In this document: piece after piece, positions 25,753-39,463 of the stretch | Numbering within the stretch: position 1 is the first letter of the stretch | Layout: the number at the start of each line of letters is the position of its first letter | Assembly: GCA_951406725.2 (NCBI GenBank) | Contig: OX597816.1 | Location: 75,826,001-75,890,000, forward strand | DNA from: Octopus vulgaris | Lineage: Eukaryota | Reading direction: 5' to 3' | DNA: 64,000 nt | Program-made: the position numbers and the translations under genes | The notes under the pieces: generated by a model | What the model was told of the DNA's origin: nothing | Database searches by the model: none | Seen by the model: only the letters and a program-made list of their open reading frames with translations

Positions 25753-27554
25753 GGGCTTTTATATAATTTCCCTCATTCCAACTTCACTTTCAAGGTCTGA
25801 ACTGAACTGAGGCGACTGACTTGAACCAACTTGAGGCCAACCGACCTGGACGTCATGCATTGTGATCTAACAACAAGAGATTCCAAAACTAATTTATTAA
25901 GCATTCGTCCATCCTTGCCTACAAACTGTCTATAAAAGACACCAAAATTATTGTATATTTAATTTTACGGTTAGCCTATACAATAAAATACAATACAATT
26001 ATTTGAACGTTCTTTATTAGAAGTATCCAGTAACTGGGAGTCATGCATCCCGACTTCAGGTCCGGGGGGAATCGAAGCTGTGTTATTCATACATTTCCAA
26101 ACTCCATTCTTGGACTTTAATTGCTAAAAATTGAATTAAAGATTTTAAGAATGTTAGCTAAAATGGTATGGTCATAATTTATAAAATCACTTTTTTGAAA
26201 ATTACTAATGAATAAACACAATCTCTTACTACTTTATTGCTCATGAATTAATTTCTATTATTTTTGGTTGTTGTATAGCCCCAGATAAGCCTTGATCAAG
26301 CAGACATGACGTGCAGATAGTCAGCCAAACGGTTGATGTGATTATACATCTGGTGTTCTAGATATACCATTCTCCTCCAGCTGAGGATCAAATAATTGCC
26401 GCATGATAGTTTGCACATATTGCATCTGCCATTGATCCCTCTGTTCTTGTATGACTCTACGTTCGACTGGTGCTACAACAGAAGCAAGTGAGGTGGTATT
26501 TGTTGTGCAAGTTATTCTTCTGCACTCACCATCAGCGGAGTACATCTCAGAACAGTGTTGGTGAAATATTGATGTTGCTGTGTGACTGGAGTGAGTGAGA
26601 GAAATAGGTATTTTAGGATAGTGATTTAATTCAGAAGTACTCCCAAATAGTTTTTTTTATAAGATTGTGATCAGTTTATTTATTTCTAAAATGGGGAGTA
26701 AGATAATAATATAGCAAGAAATAAAGAATGATTTTTTATTTTTTCTAAGAAAGCTTATGAACTTATGTACTTTTTGCATTTCTTTCGAGTTAATATTTGT
26801 AATTTCTTACATAGGCACAAATTTAGAAATTTAGGAAAAGGGGAACAGTCGATTATATCGACCCCAATATTTGACCGAGAATTTTTTGTATCCACGTCAG
26901 AAAGATTAACTTGATTTTAGAGGAATGTGAACACATACGGATGCACACATGCATACACAAATAAAATAGGATCCTATCAAAGCACAACTATAACTGTTTC
27001 AGTATAAGATGTCCGATCACATGATTTGTGAAAAAAAAAATCACACAAGAGAAAAGTTAAAAGTTAAAAATCAATAAATTCCTTAGAACTGCTACAATTC
27101 CAAATACATTTCAATCTGCTGTATATTATTTTAGATGTTTGACACTATATATGTATCGCATAATACAATTTTGAGAACCACGCAAAATTATATTTTGTTT
27201 TAGAAATCTCGTGTCGCCGTATTATTTGCTGACGTCCCAGAATCACTAAATCCTTACCAAGAAACTGCGAACCAGAAAGACCTCTGGGGCTTGGTCGAGC
27301 AGCAACCTACAGACCAATAAATAGCGAAACTAAAGAAGGCCAGAAGGATTTTGCGAAGGTAGGTCTTCAATTGGAACAGAGAAGTGAAAAAGAACGTAGA
27401 AATGTGCGAGGATAAGCTGGAAGAGATTGAAGAATAGTTGAAAATGATAGGGATGATATAAAACCAGACGTAAAGAGAACTACAGTACAAAACGCATTAG
27501 GAGACTGCCATGGAAAGCCTACATTCAACCAGGAAAGCGAGCATATCATGATGA

Positions 27555-27662
27555 TGAAGTTATTACTCTCAAGTAAGTAACTGATTTTGGCCTGATATCT
27601 AAAAAGCACGAGCCCCGCTATAGGGCCGAGATTCAGTTACTTACTTGAGAGTAATAACTTCA
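27555..27662. repeat. Short foldback with perfect 30-bp arms (MITE-like)
   Basis: tgaagttattactctcaagtaagtaactga (27555-27584) pairs with tcagttacttacttgagagtaataacttca (27633-27662). Confidence 0.9.
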
Positions 27663-28469
27663 ACCGTCTAGTTGAATCGGTTGTTCATAAACTTAATCAT
27701 TGGTTCGATAGAAATCCCCTCTCAACGTTATAAACATTTGCATTTATCATAAATATACTCTTATGAGAGAAGCAGGCGAGGAAATCGACTTAAATATTTG
27801 ACTGTTATTTTACTTTATCGATTCCAGATAGATGAAAAACAATGATGACTGTGTTAGGAGCTGAAATTAGGACGTAAACTGCTGAAAAAAATACTACTTG
27901 GCATCTTATATGGCGATCAAGCGGTTCGGCCGATTAATGAACGACACTGTTGCACCAAAGTCTTCTATCCCACAGCAACATGCTTCAATGCTTTTCACAT
28001 CACCAGTGGTATAAATCATCTTGCGGGGGAACTATTAGTACTCTTCGTACTAAACCGAACTTTGGGTTCTTAAATCAAGCACTAACTCTTGTAGCTAAAT
28101 CTAACTTCAATCACACTAAATTTTAATGCATGTTTAATTCAATTGTTTTACTACCCCCCAACTCAAGTAATGTCTTTAGACCGATTCTAGGCAAAGGATC
28201 GAGGTGAAAGGGAATAAAATTAATGCCACAATAAACTCGCTGTTTACATACATAGTAAATAAAAGTGGTAATTCAATAATAAAAGATGTAAATAAAATCA
28301 ATAACATCGTAAAACACAATCATCACAGAACTGATAAGACAAGTGAAGGCAATAAAATATGGTAAATGAGACGACAATAAAATAGCTAATAAAATAAAAT
28401 GAAATGGCAATAAAAACGATAAAAATATGAAAACGAAGGAAACCACCAACATTAATTAGGGTACATGTT

Positions 28470-28995
28470 AGCCCTGAATTAAAAAAAAATATCCAGGGCA
28501 TTGCAGGAAAACAGTGAGAAGATTTATTTTGCAAGTTAGTGACCCCGAGAAGAATGTGTTGTGCATGAAACTTGGAGCGTGTCAGTGGGATAATTAAGAC
28601 GAACAGATACAATTCGTTAAATTTGGAAAACTGAGCTGTGGTAACTCCCGAATTGTTGGCCCATGGAATGAAACACATTAGTATACCTTCCATGGAAGTG
28701 ACAGAAGAAAAAGATCGACGAAAATATCCCCAGCGACTAAAAGATGTATTCATTCGCATCTGTATTCTATCAAGACTAGATAATATTCATTTAGAGACAC
28801 TCTCCTCAGTGTGTAAGGCTTTTTGGACAAATCGGGCTCTTGTAGAGTAACAGTTGTGCCTCAGGTTTTAACAACTTTTTAAAACTGTAAACACTCACCC
28901 TTCTAGCCGCTATTCTGGCAACAAACGTAATATAGGAGTTGAATCTCAAATCAGATATGAATATAAGTTCTATGAGTTTATCAAAACCAGCCAAG
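28470..28995 (-). mobile_element. Old CR1-group LINE RT C-terminal fragment
   Basis: IFISDLRFNSYITFVARIAARR...LLKPEAQLLLYKSPICP...LSSLDRIQ...TNLQNKSSHCFP follows the CR1/Zenon post-RT pattern. Confidence 0.6.
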
Positions 28996-30974
28996 AGATT
29001 CCTTGAAAGCGATCCACTCCGTCGAAATGGATGTAAGATCAGACATGTCTAATGGCGGTGGAGATATACTAAGTTGCTTTCGGTAATGAATTCCTTTATT
29101 CATTCATTTTATTATTAAAATAGACGGTTTAAAATCTTTTTTTGTAAGTGAATTGCTGAAGACAGCAAAATGCAAATGAATAAACATTAGGTTTGACATA
29201 CATAAAGAATAATGATATGTATTAAAAGCTTCTTCATGACAATTAATTACGTAAAATTTCCATGTAACGTTATAACATTATCATTTGAAACGGTTGTGAA
29301 TGACATCTGGAGAGAAAGGAAGAAAATAAAATAAATCCATGTATTCTAAATGGAAACATTTGAAGAGGCTTTGTATAGTATTGATAATGTAACGGAATGG
29401 ATATCCATTTATAAATTGGAAGTAGTTTCATGATATATAGCATTTCCAAGGCTTCCAAGCCAACAGGAAGTTTTGAATACAAACATCTATACGGTTGTTA
29501 ACTGTGTTAAGTGGGACTTATAAATACAAATAAATATATACAAAATACTAAAATACAGGCAAAGTTGGGCGGATCTGTTCGAAATAACCTGAAGCGAAAT
29601 GGTTCAACTAAAATGATGCTTGTCATAGCAATTGCAGACTTAGCGTATTTATCTTTTCTTGTCTCTGACAATACTTTATCATTTCCGGAACTCATGTATT
29701 TGAAAATTATAGTGCATTTTTGCGTCCTCTGCCATTCACCCCGTATTTCTGGTTTCATGCATATATTACTTTATTAATATTCTCTCTCTCTCCGTCTCTA
29801 TTTCTCTATCTATTTCTCTCTCTTTTTATTCTTCTATAACTTTTTACATCTTTCCTCCTACACATGTTCTCCCACTCTCTTTTTCACCATCAATTACTCA
29901 CCAAAAAAGTTTTTCCTATCCCTCTCTCTTTCTTTCTCCCTTGACCATTTTCACTACTCATTTGTCCTTTAAATTCTCCTTTTCACATCCTCTCATTTCA
30001 GTTTAACTGCATGCCTATTCTAGAAATATTATTAATATTATGTTTATGTCCTTTGATGTCGGATAGATAATAAAATAAATGAATGCCGAATAACAACCAG
30101 TCACTTAAGGTAGGAATTGTAGAGAAATGTGATTGTTCAACACAACTATTAGTATCGTTAGGTTAAATACCTAGCAAAAAATTTCAGAGTATACTTTGCA
30201 AATATAAGAACTCGTGTGGAGCGTGAGCCGTACTGTTTAGTACTAATTTTTTCAGATTTCATATGTAAGGTTTCCCCGGTATTTTTTCCAGGAAACCACT
30301 GATTTTTTTTATATGACCTCCTGATGCTACAGACGCAACTAGTATTGATTCCTTCTTCAGGTGCTACATCCTTCTCATTTCAATTTCAAGGTTATAGCAA
30401 ATTTACCATATTCTTTTACAGATAATATTGTTGTATCTTACATTTTTTTACGACATTTCTGTGGCCAGGCTGAGCTGAGCAATTAGGCGAGACTTTATTC
30501 CTTTTTGGAGCCAATTTTCCATTTAAATTCTTCAGTTTTTCATTTTTCAATTTTAAAATTTGCAAAATGTCCTTGGAAAAGAGTGTCAGCTCTTCCTTTC
30601 TTTTTGACTTCCCCCTCTGCTGTCGGAAAACAGCCAAAAAGTTTAAAAATTAATTTTCTCCGCCCTCTCCGCGCCTTAAAAGGCCGAGAGAGGGACGATA
30701 AAAGTCTTGCTAGCACGTGCAATGCTGAGCAACAGAAGGAGAAAGAAGAGGAAAGGAGCAAAGAAATTCAGCTAATGGACGTTGCCAGAGTCGTGACACC
30801 TGTGAATCCAAGCCCTTCCACTACCACTCAATTCTGTATCTGTCTTGGTGTTTACATATCTTGCAAACTGACCGTATATTTGCTTTTCCTTCCATGCTTT
30901 TTCTATTTGATTTGTTAATTTCTTGTTTAAATTTTTATTTAGTTACACAATTTTCAGTTTTGATGACGCCGGCC

Positions 30975-31320
30975 TTCTTTGTGTGTTACAACAGTGGCTC
31001 CACGGCATTTTTTAGATACCTCCCTAAGCTGTTTTCCTCTGCTTTGATACATTCCTGGCAACCGATCAAAACTTTTCCACCTTTTCTTCTGAACAAGTAC
31101 GATCTATCGGTGTCACTCTTAGGATGGAAGGCTCCGTGTACGGTCGACATTTTCCAGGATTTGGTATCCATTTTCTTCATCTCTTTCTTTTGCTATTTTA
31201 TAATTCCCGCTCCGTACCGAAGTGATGCTATCGTCCATGTATTAATCACTTGGATTTTATTACAACCAGTGAATTTTGAGCGTAACACGAGCCTGAGTTT
31301 TCGAAATACTCCATCCTTAG
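30975..31320 (-). mobile_element. R4/Dong-like (RLE-type) LINE fragment
   Basis: NKIQVINTWTIASLRYGAGII...KKMDTKSWKMSTVHGAFHPKSDTDRSYLFRRKGGKVL is homologous to 49468-49735. Confidence 0.8.
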
Positions 31321-31597
31321 TTACTCTTTCATTTCCTCATCAATTATCTCAAATACCAATTTTCAATTAACTATAATTCAACATGGGTCTTTAATTTAAT
31401 TCTTCTAATTTTTCTAATTTGAATTAATTGATTGGACAAGGAAACAATTGTAGATTCTATAAGTTCGATATTGTTCGCGATTGAATTTGTTTTCCATGAA
31501 CTTATGTGTATATGTCAATTTCTCCATTTTCTTCTTTTATTTATATACATACATACATACATACATACATACACACATCTATCTATCTATCTATCTA

Positions 31598-31667
<70 letters not shown>

Positions 31668-31757
31668 ATATATGCATGTATATATATATATATATATAGA
31701 TAATCCAAACATGAACAAAGAGAAAACACAACAACGCGAGGACGTAGAACAAGTATA

Positions 31758-31807
<50 letters not shown>

Positions 31808-31814
31808 ATATCTA

Positions 31815-31899
<85 letters not shown>

Positions 31900-31938
31900 G
31901 TCTATCTATCTATATATATAAATATATATATATATCTA

Positions 31939-31997
<59 letters not shown>

Positions 31998-32003
31998 ATA
32001 TCT

Positions 32004-32083
<80 letters not shown>

Positions 32084-32099
32084 GTGTATGTATGTATAT

Positions 32100-32255
32100 G
32101 TAGTCAAATCGAATGATCGAACATTAAAAATAACTATAGCAAAACAACAAGAGGATGAGCACATAGAATGTATTAATTTGTCGCTCGGTAAAGGTGGAAA
32201 AAAGAGAGGGTTTTTAACGTTTCATGTATAGCTCTACGTCAGAAAGGAAAACGGA
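32100..32255 (-). mobile_element. Penelope-type pLTR remnant with degenerate HHR
   Basis: Minus strand: ttt-CTGACGTA-gagctatacat-GAAA-cgt-TA-aaa...gagcg...taatac. Same family as 23590 and 59565. Confidence 0.5.
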
Positions 32256-34039
32256 AAAGTCCAGAGAAGAAATAATATCAACAGCATCTGCATGGTCATG
32301 CATATATATCAGTACATACACACACACACGCACACACACACGCACACACACACACACTCACACATACACATACACAAGCATGCACGAAGGCACACACACA
32401 TGCGCATACACACGCACGCAGGCAACCCCGCCCACAATATATGTAGACGTACTGAAGCACACACTGCTGGCACCTTGGGTGGGTTTAGCAGAGTTTACTC
32501 TAATTGAGGTCTCCAGCATAAGGAAAGCTACTTTCCTCTCTCCCACTACTTGGGTGGCCCCGTTAAAGGTTATTGGTACTAGCTATTTTCCTATTAAAAG
32601 ATACTTTAAATCTTTTAGGCAATTCAAGCGATTAGAGTCCTCCTCTATAAATTTCAAGCCACACGACTATTCCATAAATATTTATTTTGTTATTATTGTT
32701 GGTGATGCCTCCGAAAGACATTTCTCGACGTACAGCCGATTAATTTGTTGTACTATTTATTTTCTAACGTACACCAGATTTCTTGTACTCATTGTATTGC
32801 ATTTTGCACCAAAGTATAGAAGGAGAGTTTAATTTCTGTAAATCCTTCCTATTAAGTGGAATCAATTCTGTATCTGTTTTTGCTTTTAAACAGAAGGAAT
32901 TGGTGACGTGAGAGATTATTCCCCCAAACAGCGGTAGCGATAGCCATATATACAAATGTTTTCTGCAATGGTTAACAATTGCATAAATAGCAGCAATAAT
33001 TCCAATGTTAACTGCAACACTGACAACACTTACGCGAATTATAATGACAATATAATGACAATTACAAAATCGATAATAGTAATCCTGTAAGACATCTGTG
33101 ATAATAACTGTAATAACAACAGAATCAACAACTACAACAACAACAACAACAACAACGGCGATGACAACTACAAGAAAGACAATGATAGTAGCGGCAGTTT
33201 TGATACCGGCCATAAAATCAACATTATCATGACTGTAATAAAAAGTGTTGATCATGGAGACAGAAATGCGTCTGCACGGACAGTACCTGTACGCATATAT
33301 TTGGAGCTCAGACGGATGTATAAAACTGAGGAAGAACCATGTATTTGTAGGAAATACTAAAAGAGCATAGCATTTTCATAAAATAAGGTCTAAAAACTAC
33401 TCTTAAAGAGATTTAGAGGACATTAAAATAATACACTCCGCAAATAAAACACAAGAGGATATTCTTTTATATTAGTTAATGATACTTTTCATTTGGGAGA
33501 ACGGATAAAGAAAGGAAAATTCCGTTGCAAAACACATGGTAGAAAAGTTCAGACAAGTGCCTCTTTCGAGAAATAAAATATTTGTGAAAGTTAGGTTAAT
33601 GGATGTAGCCACAAAGACGTACTCTTACTAAATTGCTCTCTTCATGAAATATTTCAGCGAGTTATTCGATGTCAGTATAATAATATTCGATAGTAAATGA
33701 TATGGCAAATAATAGTTGTGACTCGAGCAAAGCTTGTATTTTCAGATGAGGGTTCTGGAAAAAGTATACAAGCCCAGAGACATTCTCCGTAAAAAAAGCT
33801 TCTGGGGCGAAGAAGTTATTTGTGAATGATAGTAATCCCGTTTCATTTGTGGAACCGCAGGTTATTATTTAAAGGATCTTTGTCGGTCAAAGCGAAGATC
33901 ACTGGTAGCAACAGAAAATAAACAACAACAACCCAAGTCTATTGACTCACAAGAGTACTGTTTTGAGTCCTAGGACACATAGGGACGGCTACCTGGTTTG
34001 CAAGATATATAAGTGACCTCGCCCACAACATTCGCCCTG

Positions 34040-34150
34040 AACGGGACATCAATCCATCGCCAGGCTACTCATTTACAGCTAAGTGTACTGGAGAAACATG
34101 AAATGAAGCGCTTTGCTCAAGAACACAGCTCACCGCTCAGTATGGGAATC
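34040..34150 (-). mobile_element. CORE-type SINE fragment (family B)
   Basis: The reverse complement gtgttcttgagcaaagcgcttcatttcatgtttctccagtacacttagctgtaaatgagt matches 60373-60432. Confidence 0.75.
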
Positions 34151-34854
34151 AATTACATTTATACGCCAGGATAAATTGTTACATGTAATATAGTATATCT
34201 CGTCGGATGACTTGCTCGGAGCAATGTAACTTTTCCATGCTAGACATCCAGATCGAGCGTAAGGACATGGTTGTCTGACTTGGAGTTTAGTTGCCATTGA
34301 TTCAATGAATTCATCTGTTGAAATAGTTCACATCCACCATGCTGCATACTATGATTTCAACTTACCCTAGATTGGGTGAGTACATGCTATTTAATCCATA
34401 AATGTGACTGTGCTATTACTCCGAGTCAGAGTTGATCATATATAATATACTGTAATATATTATATGCAATATCTTTGTGGACTCGGATATATTATATATA
34501 AAGACATAAACGCACTATTAATTTATTAATTGAGCTAAATGCCAAAATACATTATGTATGCAAATTGGTCTATCCAGTTTACTTAAGCACTTTCTAACAG
34601 TGGCTTTATAAGCAACATCTTCACTGCTTATAAACCGACTGAAGAAGATATACAGTTTCTGATGCCACCTCAACTCAGGATGACACTAATGAAAGGAGTC
34701 ATCCATTTTCTGTTCACGAAGATTTGGATATAATCACAAGATCTGTACAGGTTTCTCTACATACAGTATTAGCAGAAGGTCTATAGAAAAAATTCTGACG
34801 TACATGTAAATAAAGCTGTGTAACTTATTAATCTAACAAGCCGACAAGAATGTT

Positions 34855-34895
<41 letters not shown>

Positions 34896-35313
34896 CACAC
34901 ACACACATATATAAAATTAAACGAAGCTTAGCAGCTGAAACCTGAAAGTCACCTTCACCCCTCTTATAAGAGCTTGATAAATATGTACTCTGCAATACAG
35001 AACTGAGTCATTCTCCAGTTTAATATTAAAATGTTTTTATATAGCTTGACAGAAAAACAAACATAAGTATGTATGTATATATATTTATCCTTTTATGCAT
35101 GTATATATATCGGACTAAAAATAGTAATAATAATCCATGGATGGAATTTATAAATATCTTAATGCATCGCTACACGCTTTTCCACAAATCCCATATTTCT
35201 TAAGATCATAATCCGTATTCCTGGAATGATTACAATGCAGTCAATTTTATTAGGATATAGCCGACATAGTAAAATAGGGGCTTTTATATGCATATTCAAA
35301 ATCTTTCCCGTAA

Positions 35314-35354
<41 letters not shown>

Positions 35355-36075
35355 TACAGCCATACATAAATAAATATAATTTACTTAGCACTTAGTAATT
35401 GCGTGTTTATGGTTATCAGGAATATCTTTGCCGCTGATAAAATACCAACACAGTTTCACAAGTTTAAAACTGCTCCGACTGGTCTCTAATTTTCTGTCCA
35501 CGAAGGTGTTTACATCTGTCTGCTACACACAGAATTGGTTATAATTTATCTTTATACATAAAATATTAATAGAGCAAGACACTACTAATATAGCAGCAAC
35601 CCACGATAAGGATTCTTTTCTTTGAAGATGTGATTCTGTAAATATTGTGATTTCATACACTTGAAAACAAGATCGGCAAGGATAAGACCAAGGGCTTGGT
35701 AAATACTCGCGATATCTCACTCTTCTTAGTGTTCATGGGTGCGTATTCAAATGTTCATTTAAATGTTGTTGTGATCAAAGACACTCTGACCGTGACCATC
35801 TTGTTTCTTTAGAGTTAAGTATGACTATATCGTAAAATGTGTTCCTTTGTTATTTAAGACGGTAATGTGTGATTTGAGAGAGATTTGGTTGCAGGTCGGG
35901 CAACCATAGATGTTCTATCCCACTAAGGTTTCCAACCTGTAGAAAATGATTTCCAGCTACCTTTGACGTTATATCCTCTAACATTTTTGTTTTAAAAAAA
36001 CTTAATAGCGTTCAGTTCATCACTTTACATATCCATCATATTCTGTTAAAATGTCTTATTGACGAGTTTTCTTTC

Positions 36076-36169
36076 TTCATTTCCCTGAAGAGAATATTAC
36101 ATTTGTTACACGATTTTATTCCTTTGGAATAATACCAATGATATCTTCGAAACATGTGTCGGAAGTGAA
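36076..36169 (+). ncRNA. Type I hammerhead ribozyme with extended stem II
   Basis: ttcatttcc-CTGAAGA-gaa...(57 nt)...ttc-GAAA-catgtg-TC-ggaagtgaa. Stem I has 9 bp, the core is intact and the triplet is GUC. Confidence 0.8.
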
Positions 36170-36418
36170 AGAATTAGAATAACACCTGCGTTTAACTCCA
36201 TTTATATATATATATATATGTGGGTGGTATTTCGAAGGGCAATGTGGTTAGACCACATTAGATCATTAGATTTAGCATCCGTGGGTCCCGAAAGGAAATT
36301 CTATCAAACATCGAGTCAGAGAATGCGCTAGGAAAGACATTACTGAAAATGGGCTTGAAGATTGAAAAACGTTTGGAGGTTCACATATATTTATAGAAAG
36401 CGTGCTTGAGAGAAAGAG

Positions 36419-36457
<39 letters not shown>

Positions 36458-36710
36458 GAGAGAGAGAGAGAGTGTGTGTGCATAGGAAAAGAACCCTTTA
36501 TTAACTGGTTTTTTTTTTATAGAATACCTAAAAATTAAAAGATATTGAGTAGTTTTGATTAATTTTCGGGCGAACAAATTGAAAATGGCAGATGTTTTGG
36601 TAAGGAATTCTGTCTTCCCTGAAAATAAGAAATAAGTCATAAGGAAAGAAGGAAGCATGACCGATTTTCAAATCTCTTGCATTGGAAACTAATAGAGAAG
36701 ACGTGTTTGC

Positions 36711-36743
<33 letters not shown>

Positions 36744-36904
36744 TGTATGTATGTATGTATGTATGTATGTATGTATGTATGTATGTATTATGTATGTATG
36801 TATTATGTATGTATGTATGCATGTATGTAGCAATGTATGTACCCATGTGCGTACGTATGTATGTGTGTGTCTATGCATATAAGTGCGTATCTATCTATCT
36901 CTAT

Positions 36905-36955
<51 letters not shown>

Positions 36956-37054
36956 CACGCACATATATGTACATACATGCGTACATATATGTATATATAT
37001 ACACATACATATATACATAGGTACACATACATACAAACACAGACACACGCACAC

Positions 37055-37086
<32 letters not shown>

Positions 37087-37582
37087 CTATATATACAAGT
37101 ATATATATATGCATATGGTGAAGAATAAGAGATAATGAAAGTATAGAAACAAAAACATGCAAAAGAAAGAAGTAACGAAAGATAGACAGACAGATAGATA
37201 AATACATTGATAGATAGAGAGGAGAAAGGGAGAATGCTCACAGAAGTGTGTAATTAAAACAGATAATAATGATAAAAAATAATAATAAAATATAAATAAT
37301 AAAAATCTGAAAGAAAATAAAATTAACAATTATACTGCTAAGGATGGAGTTATTTAATTTTTGTCGCTTTTCTTCTGACTATGCAGCTATGATGAATTGA
37401 GTGAAGTTGAAAATGACTGAAGACAATTTTAAGGAACAGCGATTGTTTTATGCTGACATGGAACAGTGATGTACGTTAGATGTGATTAGTTTCAACATAT
37501 TCATCACTGTCTCACATTCTTTCTCCCACTCTCCTCTTTCTCTTCCTCTGTCTGTCTTTCTGCCTGCCTACCCCTCCCTCAC

Positions 37583-37671
<89 letters not shown>

Positions 37672-37729
37672 ACACCATACATATATGCTTCCTAAAAATT
37701 CAGATCCTCCAAAATTCTGCAGTGGAGTA

Positions 37730-38074
37730 AGACATATTGTGAAGTAAATGATGCCACATGTTATAGAAGCAACTCTTTTCCTGAGATGTGGAGCAGGCTA
37801 TAATGTATTCATTACTAGAATTTCATTAACACATACTGATTTACCAATACAATTTAAAAGATTACAATTTCCAATTATACTAAGTTTTGCAATATCCATC
37901 AACAAATCGCAAGGACAGACATTATCAGTAACTGGTTTGGGATTAAAGGGGCCTTGCTTCTCTCATGGACAATTGTATGTTGGATGTTCACGTGTTCGAG
38001 GTTCAAAAAATCTTTTCAGTTATACTCCACTGGGAAAAACTCATAATGTTGTATATAAAGAAAATTTATCATAA
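37730..38074 (+). pseudogene. Helitron Rep/Hel PIF1-helicase C-terminal fragment
   Basis: PHVIEAT...VFITRISL...FKRLQFPIILSFAISINKSQGQTL...FSHGQLYVGCSRV...THNVVYKE (PIF1 motifs V/VI, Helitron-type C-terminus). Confidence 0.92.
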
Positions 38075-38163
38075 CTTGCTTTTACGTTTCAAGTTTTATT
38101 GTTGTTATGCTAGTAATTATTGTGAGCTATCCTTCTTCAGACTTTGTGTCGTCTGAGGGAGAA

Positions 38164-39355
38164 ATGGTGGAGTGTTTGAAGAGAATAGATGAAGTGATGG
38201 AGACCAAAAATTATGCAGAGGTGACAAAGGAAAGAAGCAAAGACGTGAGGCTGGAGGATATAAGCAAATTCAAGGAAGTGATTTAAAGGGAGGGGAAAGA
38301 AGTGAAGGTATCAACCCCCCCAACACACAAAGAAAAATTGAGAAAATCATAGTTTACAGAACATACTCGGTAACAGCCTGGAAGATTGAAGTCATGACGA
38401 CGGATCAAATAGAAAAGGCTCTTAAACCAATCTGGCAAGTAATTTTCTACCTAGCCAGAGGAAAAAACTTGGAACAGTGAAGGTGCGGTTTCGGGAGGTA
38501 GCTACTGCCAGGTTGCACTCAGCAACACCGTTGAGAACTGATGAAGTGGTGTTTCTACCCGGATACCTTGAGAGACGTGTTTCTAGGGTTAGGGTAGAAG
38601 ACATACTCCGAGAACTGGATGTAGCCTGGCTGGAAGTTGCCATACTGCTAGGCATGGAGGAGAAGGTGGTGGTCCTCCAGGCTACCAGAAAACCCTACTG
38701 GAACTGGCAAGGACAAAGCCTCGATATGGTGGTACAGGTTGCCGTGGAAGATATCGAAAATATGGTAGAGACAATTACGGTCGGAGACGCAACACTGAAA
38801 GTCAGAGTGGAAGGGAGGATTCCGCGGTACTATAAATGTGGCCTAAAAGGCCACATTAGAGCGGATTGTCCTCCATCACCTGTGAAGGCTAAGGAGAGAC
38901 AAGAGAGTGGGAAAGTGACTGGTGCTCCACTACCCGCGGAAGCTGGGGAAAAGGTGAGTGAAGCGGCACTACAGACAAAGAATAGTACCAGCGTCGAAGA
39001 AATGGACATTGAAAGGGAAACAGCTGAGAAAAAGAGAAGAAAGAGAAAAAAGGCACACGCTGTAAAGGATGAGCCCCCCCATCCCATCCAGCTATCACCC
39101 AAACCCACCCAGCTCCCACTCACACCCGTTCTACCCCAACCACTCCCTACAGCTCTCTCCATGCCCTATCTGACATAAACACATGCACAAACACACAGGA
39201 GCCCCAAATTTCCCCACCCTCATCCTTGGAAAATATGTTATAGTGTACAGTGGAGACAATGAAGTGTATACCAAAATAGACTCATGAGACAGTATTATAA
39301 AAGTGAATATATCAGGCGTGATGGGGATGCCCGAGTACTTTAGCCGGGTACTTCT
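38164..39355 (+). pseudogene. gag/ORF1-like retroelement gene, copy 2, with CCHC-type zinc knuckle
   Basis: ORF 38477-39178 contains YYKCGLKGHIRADC (CX2CX4HX4C with the first C mutated), a basic KKRRKRKK stretch and a Pro-rich tail. The frameshifted upstream KIIVYRT...IEKALKP aligns with 16696-17241. Confidence 0.75.
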
Positions 39356-39360
39356 GCTAG

Positions 39361-39463
<103 letters not shown>

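Noticed and set aside
27250-27555. Possible old RTE-like LINE 3' end
   Set aside because: Only purine bias, a W...V..-like stretch and a (tga)n tail support it, which is too degenerate to call.
30200-30720. Possible third ORF1-like remnant on the minus strand
   Set aside because: It is Lys-rich and broken, and I could not align it convincingly to the other two copies.
37748-38074. Cellular PIF1 gene exon
   Set aside because: The C-terminus (T.NVVYKE) is Helitron-type, upstream is interrupted by a stop and a microsatellite, and no other exons are seen.
38080-38145. Minus-strand CTGAAGA...GAAA-cg-TA motif
   Set aside because: Stem I does not pair and stem II is only 3 weak pairs, so it is probably chance.
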